Shown here one piece after another: positions 36,421-48,814 of a stretch of DNA of 64,000 nucleotides. How positions within the stretch are numbered: the stretch's first letter is position 1; each line of letters begins with the position of its first letter. This DNA comes from Macrostomum lignano (lineage: Eukaryota): the NCBI GenBank assembly GCA_002269645.1, contig NIVC01000755.1, positions 1-64,000 of the forward strand, given 5' to 3'. Both the position numbers and the translations under genes were made by a program. The notes below the pieces were generated by a model. The model worked only from the letters and a program-made list of their open reading frames with translations, was not told the origin of the DNA and searched no databases.

Positions 36421-37361
36421 ACTTAACTTCTCTGACCATAGCTACGCCTCAGTATTTAAGACTGTCATACCACCTTATAACGAAGTTCATTAATTTTTTG
36501 TTTGAATTTTTTGTCATCTTAGGAGTAGACCCGATGTTTCTCCAAGAATAGATACCTTGGCATTTGAAGCCTTCTGAAAAGTTCTAGCACAAAAAGCTAA
36601 CGTAATTAACGCTGGCCCCTCTTACTGGGGCACACCTGTCAATACCGCAGAAAACCCGTGGCTGTCACGCACGCACAGCAACTACTTTTCGTTAGGCTAG
36701 GGCCAAAACAAAAACAAGCATTACCATGGCAGGACAGAGCGGCATACACGATAAACAGATGGGACTATAAAATATCAAAATAGTTTCTCATTAAAATTGT
36801 TCACATTGCTCAGACTAAAGGGTCTGTGCTGGCTTGATTTCAAGCTAGTCGTAAGAGGCTCGAGAGTGGCTGCTCATTTTTGTCTCTCTTATTTTTGGGT
36901 GGCTGTTTGTGCAGACGCGGAGAGCTTGATATTAACTAATCACCGTTGGCTGGGTGGCGTTCAAATTTCTTCAGTAAAAAGAGAATTTAGACAGATAGAG
37001 AGGTAGGACAGTAGGAGGTCTAAGCTTCTTATTAAAGATAGATTTCAGCTAGCTGTGAGTATAAGACGAAGCCTTCGCTCGTGCGATGCAACTTTGAATA
37101 AAAAGAGCGAGAGAGAGAGAGAGAAAGGAGAAAGAGAGAGAGAGCTGTAGGCGGTGCTTGCGCATATTTTGATGCAGAGTTGCCGGGAGACACCTATGAA
37201 CAAATACAGCCAGAGCAAGCTTGGAAAGAGATAGAGACTGAAGTGAGGAGGGAGGGTCGCTGGAGCTTTAAAAGAAAGAAAATCAACATAGATAAAAAAT
37301 GGGCAACACGCAAAGCGAGTAGCACGGCACAGCATCGAGACCGCTATAACCAAGCAATGCC

Positions 37362-38168
37362 ATGTGCTGTAAAGACGGCAACGAACGTCTAAGCTACAAC
37401 TCCTACCCAGCTGGGCACATCTTTCGCATAGGCATTGCCATCCTAGTGCTGACTGGTAACTGTATTGTGATGCGTGTGGCCGCCACAGTTGCTCTGCTGA
37501 GCATCCGTGAGTCTCAGGAATTCTGCAAGACTAACGAATCGGCCTGCGGTGTGACGGCATTCAGCGTACTCGGCTCCGTTCTGCCGATTCTGTGCGCCAT
37601 CCTGACCGGCTCATTTGCCATTGTGGCGGCCAAACGGGGCTTGAAATGGTCGTTCATTGCAACATTTGTTGTTGGCTGCCTGCTATGTACCATCAGCTTC
37701 TTGTTGAACCTGCTGTTTAACGGTCTTCGTCACGGGTTCAATATTGTACCGGCTCTTGTGCCGGACATCATCGAGATTATACTGTTCTGCGTTATCAGCG
37801 TGCTAGCCATGGTTACTGGGATTCTGTGCATTAAATCCCTGGTCAAAGACCGGTCAGAACAGTACATTGCGAGCCCTGGTGAAGCCGGAACATCGGCTGT
37901 AACAACGGAGCATCACCTGGATGACGGGTACGCCTACTACGACAACGAAGCCGTGGATGAGACACAATTCCCTGAGGAGAACAGCGGCCCAACCAGCAGA
38001 GACCAACAGTCGAGTCCGCAGAGGCACCGCAGCAATTTAAGACTGTCCAGTCGTAGCGACAGTCGAGTGCAATCTGAGCTCGCCGTGGTTGTTGAGAACG
38101 ATGTTGGTAAAGTGACCAATTTCGATATATTTACCATTGATTCGGCGAGGAACTCGTCTGGTAGGTGA
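37362..38168 (+). CDS. Four-TM membrane protein, MS4A/CD20-like topology, 268 aa, apparently single exon
   Basis: Non-repetitive ATG-started ORF with four hydrophobic segments, a short Cys-pair loop after TM1, AILTGSFAIVAAKR at the end of TM2 (CD20-like pattern), an acidic cytoplasmic tail and an N-terminal MCC. Confidence 0.75.
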   Translation: MCCKDGNERLSYNSYPAGHIFRIGIAILVLTGNCIVMRVAATVALLSIRESQEFCKTNESACGVTAFSVLGSVLPILCAILTGSFAIVAAKRGLKWSFIATFVVGCLLCTISFLLNLLFNGLRHGFNIVPALVPDIIEIILFCVISVLAMVTGILCIKSLVKDRSEQYIASPGEAGTSAVTTEHHLDDGYAYYDNEAVDETQFPEENSGPTSRDQQSSPQRHRSNLRLSSRSDSRVQSELAVVVENDVGKVTNFDIFTIDSARNSSGR

Positions 38169-38469
38169 TTTAGTGAGCTTCTACAAGTACAAAACTTTGG
38201 ATGCCTGACTTATTTTTTTACTTATTATACTATCGTAATTTGGAATTTTGATGGCCCCGGACCATTTCGCGATGAAGTAAAAGGACGAATTATTATTTTT
38301 AGCTTTGAATCTGTCATTTTTATCAGACATACGGGTCTAAACTATGAAAATTATGTATTAGACACTGTGTAATAACAGCCCAAAGTACCATCTGTACTTT
38401 ATAAACGGTTTCTTTATTAGTTCGTAGTTTGGTTTCTATATTAGTATTAGTTCTTTATTTATTTTTACT

Positions 38470-38905
38470 TGGCGCCACCCTGACACCTGGGCTGGTGCCA
38501 CTCTGACACCTGGGCTGGTGCCACTCTGACACCTGGGCTGGTGCCACTCTGACACCTGGGCTGGTGCCACTCTGACACCTGGGCTGGTGCCACCCTGACA
38601 CCTGGGTTGGTGCCACTCTGACACCTGGGCTGGTGCCACTCTGACACCTGGGCTGGTGCCACTCTGACACCTGGGCTGGTGCCACTCTGACACCTAGGCT
38701 GGTGCCACTCTGACACCTGGGTTGGTGCCACCCTGACACCTGGCTTGGCACCTCCCTGATACCTGGGTTGGTGCCACTCTGACACCTGGGTTGGTGCTAC
38801 TCTGACACCTGGGTTGGTGCTACTCTGACACCTGGGTGGTGCCACTCTGACACTTGGGGTGGTGCTACTCTGACACCTGGGTTGGCGCCACTCTGACACC
38901 TGGCT
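38470..38905. repeat. 23-bp minisatellite (TGACACCTGGGCTGGTGCCACTC)
   Basis: Direct periodicity. Confidence 0.95.
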
Positions 38906-39710
38906 CTCTAATAATTGGGTTGGCTCACGGTTTAGCGCTTAAGACAAGAATTGCTGAAAACAAATATTTCTTGCTTGTTATGTTTGACTTTTAGTTAGTT
39001 TTTATTTAAAAGTACATGCAGTACCTTGAATTCTTCTTAAATAACATACTGAGTTCCGACCGGGTTCGAACAATACCCGTTGCTATTGTAAATTTTCAAT
39101 ATTAATTTAGCTGATTTTCACTGCGAAGCAGGTCGCATTATTATTTCTACATCTTGTCAGGTTTTGCATTTCAGAGCAAAATATTTTCATTACTAATATC
39201 TTATAATCTCATGTTGACTTAGCATTAATTCTTCTTTCCAACAGCCACTCTCGTTTCTAGCTAACATAGTTTTAACAAAAATTTGTAAATAAACGGAAAT
39301 TAAGTCGATATTAGAATCTGATTGGAGTTTTCTTTTTAAAAGCAAACAGTTTCCCTTTCTTTCAAAACAATGAGAAAAGATGCTACAATTTTTTTACATT
39401 TCTACTTACAGTAAAAATGTAAGCGTTTTCCCAGCAGTAAAAATTAAGCAATTTTGTTCACAAAGCAAGGCAACAAAGGACATTACGTCCTTTCTGAGTT
39501 TCGGCAGAAAAGTGCATTAGAATCTATTTAAAGCATAGTTTAGCGGCACTTTTCTCTTTCTGTCTCTGGACATATTCAATAAAAGTACTCAGTATCATTT
39601 TTATAAAAAAATGTAACAAAAACATTTTTAAATGAGTTTTTTTAAATCAAAAACTTTGCGGGGAAAAACCGTACCGTTATTGCACGTCAGTTCAATCGCA
39701 TTTGTCTTAA

Positions 39711-41884
39711 CTACTTCATTGGTTGCTGCAGTCTCGACGCTTGAAACTGTTGCTTTTGCTGTTGTTGTTGTTGTTGCTGTTGTTGCAACTTCTGGCGCAG
39801 AAGACTCTCCCGTCTGGTGGCAATCGGAGGAGCCGGGAAGACCAGGTGAAGCTGGTTGGGCTCAGTCCAGGTCTCCGTGCGATGGTCTGTGGTGATCAGA
39901 CCCTCGGCAAGGAAGTCGCCGACTGCGTCACTGTTGCTGATTGGTTGGACTCGACGCGACACAAGTCGAAACTTGCCGCCAGGGTGGACACTGTACACGC
40001 CGAAGAAGATTGAATGGAAGCCGGGGATCTTTTGAGGGGATAATTACGGGAATTATTGTTAATTGATACACTGTGTCAGTTCTTAAACTATCTAAGAACT
40101 CTTAGAACAGGAAAGCTTCAAAAGACGCTTCTGCTCTGATAAACTTCTGCTCTATGGTTTAGAGACACTACTGATCTATGATCTAGAGACAGTCCTGATC
40201 TATGATCTAGAGACACTCCTGATCTATGATCTATAGACACTCCTAATCTATAGTCTAAGGACACTCCTTGTTCTATGGTCTCGAGACACTCGTAGTCTAG
40301 AGACACAGTCCTACTCTTAAAATACTCCTGCATGGTCAATATGGTCTAGAGACACTTTTATGGAAGTTTTCTAGTTACCAACCCCTTGAACAGAGTATTA
40401 ACGAGTTTACCTATCAAGAGAAAAGGTGCCCACCGAAGAGACAGGGGCGGTCACCTAAGAGACAGGGGCGGTCACTTAAGAGACAGGGGCGGTCACCTAA
40501 GAGACAGGGGTGGTCACCTAAGAGACAGGGGTGGTCACCTAAGAGACAGGGCCGGGCGGTCACCTAAGAGACAAGGGCGGTCACCTAAGAGACAGGGGTG
40601 GTCACCTAAGAGACAGGGCCGGGCGGTCACCTAAGAGACAAGGGCGGTCACCTAAGAGACAGGGGTAGTCACCTAAGAGACAGGGCCGGGCGGTCACCTA
40701 AGAGACAAGGGCGGTCACCTAAGAGACAGAAGTGGTCACCTAAGAGACAGTGGCACACACCCCAACGGCTGTACTGTTCGCCTCCTGCACCAGTCGCTCG
40801 GTCACAATGTTAGCCAGCGAGAACACACTGCTAGAAGCGCCAGCCGCTGCAGTTTCAACACTTCGAGTCAGTCCGGGCACTCGCAGACTGGGAAGAGCGT
40901 TGGGAAGTTCAACGCAACGGGACAGACTGCCAATCAATTCCCGGTTGCTGCTGCGATAAATTTTCATATCGATTATTGTCAACAGTTTGTCAATTGGTAA
41001 CAATGCTTCTTCTGAATTCGGTTGTTGCTGCTTCTGCGTTTGCTGCTCAGTCTGCTTTTTGGAAACCATCAGGTATTTTTGAAATAAGCTGAAATTGTTT
41101 ATAGTAAGGCCATGTGCACATTTTGAGTGCCTCTTGCGCCTTCTGAAGTTCATGTACTTTAACTAACGCTTTTGAGCTCCATTTGACACCTTAATACTAA
41201 TAATTATTATTGATTATACTTGCCCCAATGGCCAGATGTGCAACCGACAGCTCAGCCGCAGCTATTGCGCGGCGCATCTGAAGGCTGCGTACGGCTGTTC
41301 AATCCAAGGACTGGGAGGGTCGCCACACACCCTCAATTACCCCAGCTAATGCTGGCACCCATTTTACAGCTGAGTGAACTGAAGCAATGCAGAGTCAAGT
41401 GTCTTGCTCAAGGACACAAATTGTTCCGAGTGGATCGAGAATCGAACCCCCGACCGTCGTGAGTCGTGAGTCTGACGCTCTGACCACTGGGCTTACAACC
41501 CCTCACCTTAAATTGACCGGGGGCGTGCCTGTGAACACTATGGCCCTTCTAAGGCGCTTAAGATTCAGCGCTAGTTGTGCGGCAATGTACTTTCAGGATA
41601 CGAAACTTCACTTACAGGTGCGGCCGACCTTTCACGGGCACATACTGCACTGCCAGATAGAACAGGTCGTGAGCTCGAAAATCAATCATTGGTTCAGAGT
41701 TCGGCTGGCCAAGTATTCGATCCGAGCTGGTCAGGAGGCTGCGGCTGCCGCAGTCGCCGCTTTCGCTGGCGCCAGAGTTGGCCACGGCTTCAACTGTTGA
41801 GTCCAGCATCCGTTCAGCTTCATCAACCGGCATCTTAACCCTCACGGTTAAATAGGCCTGCTTCTGAGGATTAGTTGGTGGCAT
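39711..41884 (-). CDS. Uncharacterised 3-exon protein, ~304 aa, polyQ near C-terminus; exons 41884-41616, 41088-40761, 40028-39711
   Basis: Phase-consistent splicing: GRPHL|LFQKYL (phase 2, GTAAGT donor) and NSTAVG|IPGFHSIFFGVYSV (phase 0, GTGTGT donor); 915 nt open to TAG. Confidence 0.65.
40140..40750. repeat. Two intronic arrays: ~24-bp GATCTATGATCTAGAGACACTCCT (40140-40350) and ~21-bp GGTCACCTAAGAGACAGGGGC (40435-40750)
   Basis: Direct periodicity. Confidence 0.88.
41195..41506 (-). mobile_element. tRNA-derived CORE-type SINE in intron 1 of the 39711-41884 gene
   Basis: Minus strand shows an A-box-like AGCCCAGTGG and a B-box-like GGTTCGATTCT. Plus strand 41358-41418 CCCATTTTACAGCTGAGTGAACTGAAGC...AAGTGTCTTGCTCAAGGACACA resembles the MIR/CORE consensus. 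(TAA)-rich tail near 41195-41220. Confidence 0.75.
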
Positions 41885-42369
41885 TTCGTTGGGTGGTGAA
41901 ATGCTACAATTAATTTGGCTTCTATAAGTTAGTAGGATAATTTAGCAATCACGTACGGAGCCAAGCTATCATGCATAACATGTCAAGCTCTAGTTTTATA
42001 TATGCATTGGGATTGATTTTTACCACAGACGCGACGCTTGGGCCTTGGCCGGGGAGTTCTATAAATAGCATCTGGAGTGGAGAAAGAGAGAGCGCGAGTT
42101 TATGGTCTATGACTCATGGGCTGCTTTAATAACTACATACGAATTACTCAACGTGAACAAACGAGTGAGCACTAAATTAATTGCTACGGGATCTTCAGTA
42201 GCGTCATAGATTGGACTGTTAAACTTCTGTTTAACCGTACGCAAAGGGTATGTAGCTCGTAGAAAATTCTAGAATCTTTCACAATTTCAGAATGCCAAAA
42301 TTGAATTAAATTAGATCTAAATTTCTTAAAATAGACAGTGACCAAAAACTACTATGGGTTACTTGGTTT

Positions 42370-42840
42370 ACTTGGCCCGGAGAGGGTGAGGGGTGAGAGG
42401 GCAGGGTTGAGGGTGACGGGTGACGGGTGAGGGTAAGGGGTAAGGGGTGTGGGGTGAGGGGTGAGGGGTGAGGGGTGTGGGATGAGGGGTGAGGGTGAGG
42501 ATGAGGGGTGAGGGTAAGGGGTGTGGGGTGAGGGGTGTGGGGTGTGGGGTGAGGGGTGTGGGGTGTGGGGTGAGGGGTGTGGGGTGAGGGGTGTGGGGTG
42601 AGGGGTGAGGGGTGTGGGATGAGGGGTGAGGGTGAGGATGAGGGGTGAGGGTGAGGATGAGGGGTGACGGGTGAGGGTAAGGGGTGTGGGGTGTGGGGTG
42701 AGGGGTGAGGGGTGTGGGATGAGGGGTGAGGGTAAAGGGTGTGGGGTGATGGGTGTTGGGTGAGGAATGAGGGGCGAGGGATGATCGGGGTGAGGGTGGG
42801 GGTGAGGGGTTAGGTGTGTGGGTTGCGGGGTGAGGTGAGG
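42370..42840. repeat. G-rich GGGGTGA/GGGGTGT repeat
   Basis: Runs of GGGG separated by 2-4 nt. Confidence 0.9.
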
Positions 42841-43512
42841 TGTGCTGTTTACGAGTACGCTCGTAATTGTCCTGAATGTGCGGTGTACGAGTTTAGAATA
42901 ACTCTTCTTCCATTCTTCTCTAATTATTGCGACCGATTCCGAGTGTTTAGTCAATGGCCAAAGCGTACAAACATTTATTTGATATTTATCGCAACCGATG
43001 TGCCAGAAAAATGGAGTAATCAACAATCAAAGAATAATAAAAGTCCAACTTGATCTGTTGCCATTAAATTATAAATTGGGAAATTAGAAAAATAAGCCTG
43101 CAGTTAGGTCTAACATAGGGAAAAGATTGTTACATTTTTTCGGAGCACTTCGCCGCAAAAAGCGTTGATAATTTCTTATAAATGTCTTACATGGAATACT
43201 TTAGTGGATAAATTACCCAAGCAAAACCACAGAAAATTCTTTAAAACTCCACAAAAAAATGAACTCAGTAAGAATTCATAGTTTTCAGCTCTGTTAGGCT
43301 TATTTTTAACAAAAGAAAAAGAAAACAATAATACGATTTTATTGATGCTGCTAGTGAAGTCTTAACTTGTAAGAATGAGACTTGCGTATGAGAGTGTATG
43401 TAGAAAAAAATGCAAATTGTATTACTGTTAGTAGGACTATACACAAGTTGCCTACTTGCAGGACTCTTACATGTAGTAACTTTTATTAAATTTTCTAGCT
43501 AATACGAGTTAA

Positions 43513-46500
43513 TTAACGACACGAGCAGCAGCCCTTCTTTTTCACAGCTGGTTTCGGTTCTTCTTTCCTAAAATCTTTGCCCCAGCCAGGGTAGCCGTGC
43601 ACAGATTCTGGGAGGCCGTCGAACAGAATCAATTTGTTGTCGTTTAGAAATATCTCGGATGCGTTCATGCGGTAGAGGTCTCGAACTGGTGTAGAAGGGA
43701 ATACTTCGACCGGAACTGCGGATAGAGAAGTTAAAAATTGAGTCAGTTGACCAGACAAAAGCCTGAGTACTAAGTACGGTCCGATTAAATGCCTGTTGGT
43801 ATGAAGCGGTTTACTTGCATTGATTGACGGGTTTGGTTTAATTGGCCTGGGTGAGGGGTGTGGTTTCATTGACCTAAGTGACGGGTGTGGTTTAATTGGC
43901 CTGGGTGAAGGGTGTGGTTTAATTGGGCTGGGTGAGGGGTGTGGTTTAATTGGCCTGGGTGAGGGGTGTGGTTTAATTGGCCTGGGTGAGGGGTGTGGTT
44001 TGATTAGCCTGGGCGAGGGGTGTGGTTTAATTGGCCTGGGTGAGGGGTGTGGTTTAATTGGCCTGGGTGAGGGGTGTGGTTTCATTGACCTAAGTGACGG
44101 GTGTGGTTTAATTGGCCTGTGGGAGGGGTGTGGTTTAATTGGCCTGGGTGAGGGGTGTGGTTTAATTGGCCTGGGTGAGGGGTGTGGTTTAATTGGCCTG
44201 GGTGAGGGGTGTGGTTTAATTGGCCTGGGTGAGGGGTGTGGTTTAATTGGCCTGGGTGAGGGGTGTGGTTTCATTGACCTAAGTGACGGGTGTGGTTTAA
44301 TTGGCCTGTGGGAGGGGTGTGGTTTAATTGGCCTGGGCGAGGGGTGTGGTTTAATTGGCCTGGGTGAGGGGTGTGGTTTAATTGGCCTGGGTGAGGGGTG
44401 TGGTTTCATTGACCTAAGAGACGGGTGTGGTTTAATTGGCCTGTGGGAGGGGTGTGGTTTAATTGACCTAAGTGACGGGTGTGGTTTAATTGGCTTGGGT
44501 GAGGGGTGTGGTTTGATTGGGCTGGGTGAGGGGTGTGGTTTAATTGGCCTGGGTGAGGGGTGTGGTTTGATTGGCCTGGGTGAGGGGTGTGGTTTAATTG
44601 GCCTGGGTGAGGGTGTTGTTTTATTGGCCCGTGTGAGGGGTGTGTTTTATTGGCCCGTGTGAGGGCTGTAGTTTAGGTTTGCCTCAGTGAGGGTTCAAAG
44701 ATTACCCACCAATCAGCTGGCTGCTATTCGGTCCACTCTGCCGCTTGTCTCCCAGAAAGCAGCCCACACTGTAGCGAAAATCCGACCTTTTGTCAAGACC
44801 CACGCGAGCGAAAGCAGGATCAATTGCGTCTCGTAGTAAACTGCCATCCTTTACGGACACTGACACGCTGGTAGACCAAACGTCAATGTACTTCGGATTG
44901 TACTTGTGCGACTCCTACATATTAAAGAGGAGGAAATGTGAAGACTGTAATTTAAAATTGAAAACTACGCTCGTAATATCTAGATAGATTTGTATGAGTA
45001 GTGATCTGAAAATAATTACAGTTAGACTGATGATAGTAAAATTACAGAAACGTTGCTTGCAAACTAATAAGGCACTCTCAAATTTATGACAACCTGTGAA
45101 TGAGTCAGCTGGTGGCTGAACGAGTCAGACAGCTTGTGAATTAATCAGACAGATTTTTAATGAGTCAGACAGTGTGTGAATGAGTCAGTCAGTGTGTGAA
45201 TGAGTCAGTCAGTGTGTGAATGAGTCAGTCAGTGTGTGAATGAGTCAGTCAGTGTGTGAATGAGTCAGAAAGTGAATGTAAATGAGTCAAAAATTGTGTG
45301 AATGTGTTAGACAGTGAAGTGAGTGTGAATGAGAATGAGTCAGACAGTGAATGTGAATGAGTCAGACAGTGTTTGAATGAGTCAGACAGTCCACGTGATC
45401 AAGTCAAACAAGGAATCGCATTCCATTAATTTGCTCACTCGAACGTTGGCCCGCCGTTCAATATTATCGGGTTCAGAGGAGCGCAGCTTCTTTCGCTGAG
45501 CTACAAACAGCATCCAACGTGTGGCGGCGAATGTCTTCATTATTCGCAGCTGGAAGCTGAGCCACTCGGGGTAGGCGGCAGAGGTGCTCAGCTCTGAGTC
45601 CGGCCTTTTTCCGCCGTCTTTTATCAGCGAGTTTTTGTGCAGCTGCACAAGGCGCCGGTTGAGGATCTACGGGCAGTTTTTTATCGTAATTTAATGGGAT
45701 CATACTAGAGTGGGATCATTCTAGTTATTATAGGATGAAATAATGCTAGAATTTAATATTTCTAGAACGCGACAATTCTAGGATGGGATAATTCTAGGAT
45801 GGGATAATTCTACGATGGGATAATTCTAGGATGGGATAATTCTACGATGGGATAATTCTAGGATGGGATAATTCTAGGATGGGATAATTCTATATTGAAA
45901 TAGTTCTATATTGAGATATTCTAATTCTAGGATGGGATCATTCTAAGATTGGATGACTCTAAGATTAGGATGGGATAATTCTACCTAGGGTTGAATAATT
46001 CTAGGATGGTATAATTCTAGGTTGGGATAAATCTAGGATGGGATAATTCTAGAATGGGATAATTCTATGTGGGGATAAATCTAGGATGGGATAATTCTAG
46101 GATGGGATAATTTCACGAGGATTTAATGCACACAACAGCAATTTCCAAGGAAATCAGCCACTCACATGGTCCAGCCTGCTTACGCCAACATCCTCCAGCC
46201 TCCGACCTTCAGCGTCCAGCTGCATCGGATGCTGCCGCAGCTTCACGAGTTTGAAATTGTGTCGCACCTGCCGCATGTCGAGCTGCCCGGGCAGGGGGTC
46301 CGCGATGGTCCTGTGGAGCTTAACCGCCGGCTGTAGCTTGATGTTGTAACTGCGCTCAAGGCGCGTCTGACTCTCCGCTGCGGGTTGGATGGGCGCCATT
46401 CTTATTGGCGCCTTAATCTGGCGCCATTATTATTGGCGCTTTAATCTAGCGCCATTTTTCTTCGCGCCTCAATCTGGCGCCATTCTTATTGGCGCTTTAA

Positions 46501-47595
46501 CCAGGCGCCATTCTTATTTGCACGTCTATCTGGCGCCATTCTTATTGGCGCTCTAATCTAGCGCCAATTTTCTTCGCGCCTCAATCTGGCGCCATGCTTA
46601 TTGGCGCTTTAACCTGGCGCCATTCTTATTTGCATGTCTATCTGGCGCCATTCTTATTGGCGCTCTAATCTAGCGCCAATTTTCTTTGCGCCCCAATCTG
46701 GCGCCATGCTTAGTGGCGCTTTAATCTGGCGTCATTCTTATTGGCACCTTAATCTGGCGCCATTCTTATCAGCGGTTTAACTGGCGCCATTCTTTACGGC
46801 GCTTTTATCTGGCGCCATTCTTTACGGCGCTTTTATCTGGCGCTATTTTAATTAGCATTTTTATCTGGCGCCATTCTTATCGGCGCCTTAATCTGGCGCC
46901 ATTCCTATTGGCGCTTTTATCTGGCGCCATTCTTATTGGCACATTGATCTAGCGCCTTTACCTGGCGCCATTCTTGTTGTTGCCTTTTGTGACGTCATTA
47001 CAAGTATTAGTAGTATTATTCTTACTAAAGATGTCAAACAACAGGTGGTACCCCGATAATTACCTGAATTGTAGTCACCATCGTATGGGCCGAACATTTC
47101 CATTTCAACTGGCAACTCTGGAGACTTCCTGACGGCTGTCACGAAAGCAATGAAGAATAGAATTTTTGCATATTATTAATTTATAGCCAGCTAAGATCGA
47201 AACACAAGTGAGGCATCACTAACGTGATCCAGAATCGCTGCCAGAAGTCCTTGAGCAGCCTCCGCAGGGTGACGCGCTACGAGAACAGTGAGTGGCTTCA
47301 ACCGGTGAAGCCACCCTCACGGAGGCTTTAACAGAGTTTTGCAAGCCGAAATCCAAGGTTAGGAGAGGCTGGTCAGCCTCGCGATAAGCCTTGGCAACCT
47401 GCTCGGAGCTGTGTTCGCTGCGAGTGCTGCTGCTGCTGTTGCGAATGTTCAGTCTGGCATTCGAGTCCGAGTCGAATTCGCAGTTCGAATTTGACCAGTT
47501 TTCCTCGCTATTGAGTAGTCGGTAAGCTGATATTGTGGCTGCTCTGGATTCCACCATCGGATTGGTGAGGGCTGCAGCTTGTAACAGGTGACGGT
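43513..47595 (-). CDS. Paralogue A of an unnamed family (~417 aa from Met at 47557); exons 47595-47224, 47135-47064, 46377-46166, 45666-45439, 44914-44710, 43715-43513; possible further upstream exons 49310-49269 and 48778-48669
   Basis: All GT-AG and phase-consistent (1,1,0,0,1). The last four exons are clearly homologous to paralogue B (e.g. KYNPKYIDVWSTSVSV...GLDKRSDFRYSVGCFLGDKR). Ends KKKGCCSCR-stop. Confidence 0.85.
43820..44660. repeat. 27-bp minisatellite (GGTGAGGGGTGTGGTTTAATTGGCCTG), last intron of paralogue A
   Basis: Direct periodicity. Confidence 0.95.
45090..46975. repeat. Three separate intronic arrays in paralogue A: 20-bp AGTGTGTGAATGAGTCAGTC (45090-45390), 16-bp TTCTAGGATGGGATAA (45720-46115), ~28-bp TCTGGCGCCATTCTTATTGGCGCTTTAA (46390-46975)
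   Basis: Each array is confined to one intron; exons lie between them. Confidence 0.9.
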
Positions 47596-47599
47596 CTGA

Positions 47600-48585
47600 A
47601 ACAGGTGGGTGTGTCTAACAGGTGAGCGTGTCTAACAGGTGAGTGTATCTAACAGGCGGGTGTGTTTAACAGGTGAGTGTGTCTAACAGGTGAGTGTGTC
47701 TAACAGGCGGGTGTGTTTAACAGGTGAGTGTGTCTAACAGGCGGGTGTGTTTAACAGGTGAGTGTGTCTAACAGGTGAGTGTATCTAACAGGTGAGCGTG
47801 TCTAACAGGTGAGTGTATCTAACGGGTGAGTGTATCTTAACAAGTGAGCGTGTCTACCAGGTGATTGTGTCTAACAGGTAAGTGTGTCTAACAGGTGAGT
47901 GTGTCTAACAGGTAAGTGTGTCTAACAGGTAAGTGTGTCTAACAGGTCAGTGTGTCTAACAGGTCAATGTGTCTAACAGGTGAGTGTGTCTAACAGGTCA
48001 GTGTGTCTAACAGGTGAGCGTATCTAACAGGTCAATGTGTCTAACAGGTGAGCGTGTCTAACAGGTCAGTGTGTCTAACAGGTAAGTGTGTCTAACAGGT
48101 GAGTGTGTCTAACAGGTGAGCGTATCTAACAGGTGAGTGTGTCTAACAAGTGAGCGTGTCTAACAGGTCAGTGTGTCTAACAGGTCAATGTGTCTAACAG
48201 GTGAGTGTGTCTAACAGGTCAGTGTGTCTAACAGGTCAATGTGTCTAACAGGTGAGTGTGTCTAACAAGTGAGCGTGTCTAACAGGTCAGTGTGTCTAAC
48301 AGGTCAATGTGTCTAACAGGTGAGTGTGTCTAACAGGTCAGTGTGTCTAACAAGTGAGCGTGTCTAACAGGTCAGTGTGTCTAACAGGTCAATGTGTCTA
48401 ACAGGTGAGCGTGTCTAACAGGTCAGTGTGTCTAACAGGTCAGTGTGTCTAACAGGTCAGTGTATCTATCAGGTGAATGTATCTATCAGGTGAATATATC
48501 TAACAGGTGAGTTTATCTAACAGGTGAGTGTATCTTATAACAGGTAAGTTTTTCTAACATACAATTGTATCTAACAGAGTGTATC
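47600..48585. repeat. 17-bp minisatellite (CAGGTGAGTGTGTCTAA)
   Basis: Direct periodicity. Confidence 0.95.
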
Positions 48586-48814
48586 TAGCGCATGAATAGC
48601 ACCGTAAATCCATAAAACTTTCCCGAACATAGCAACTGCACACGCAAGCCCATCGGAATATATCTTACCGGAGCTCTAATCGCAGAATTTGCAAAATGCC
48701 GACTCCAATGCACTTTCGGTCAGTGAAAGATTCGATGGACTGTTTGAAATGCTGTTGCTAATGAAGCTGCTTGTTGTGCTGCGTTAGGGGTGGGGTTGGG
48801 TTTGATTTCATATG

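Noticed and set aside
41430-41506. tRNA gene
   Set aside because: A/B boxes belong to a SINE head; no complete cloverleaf.
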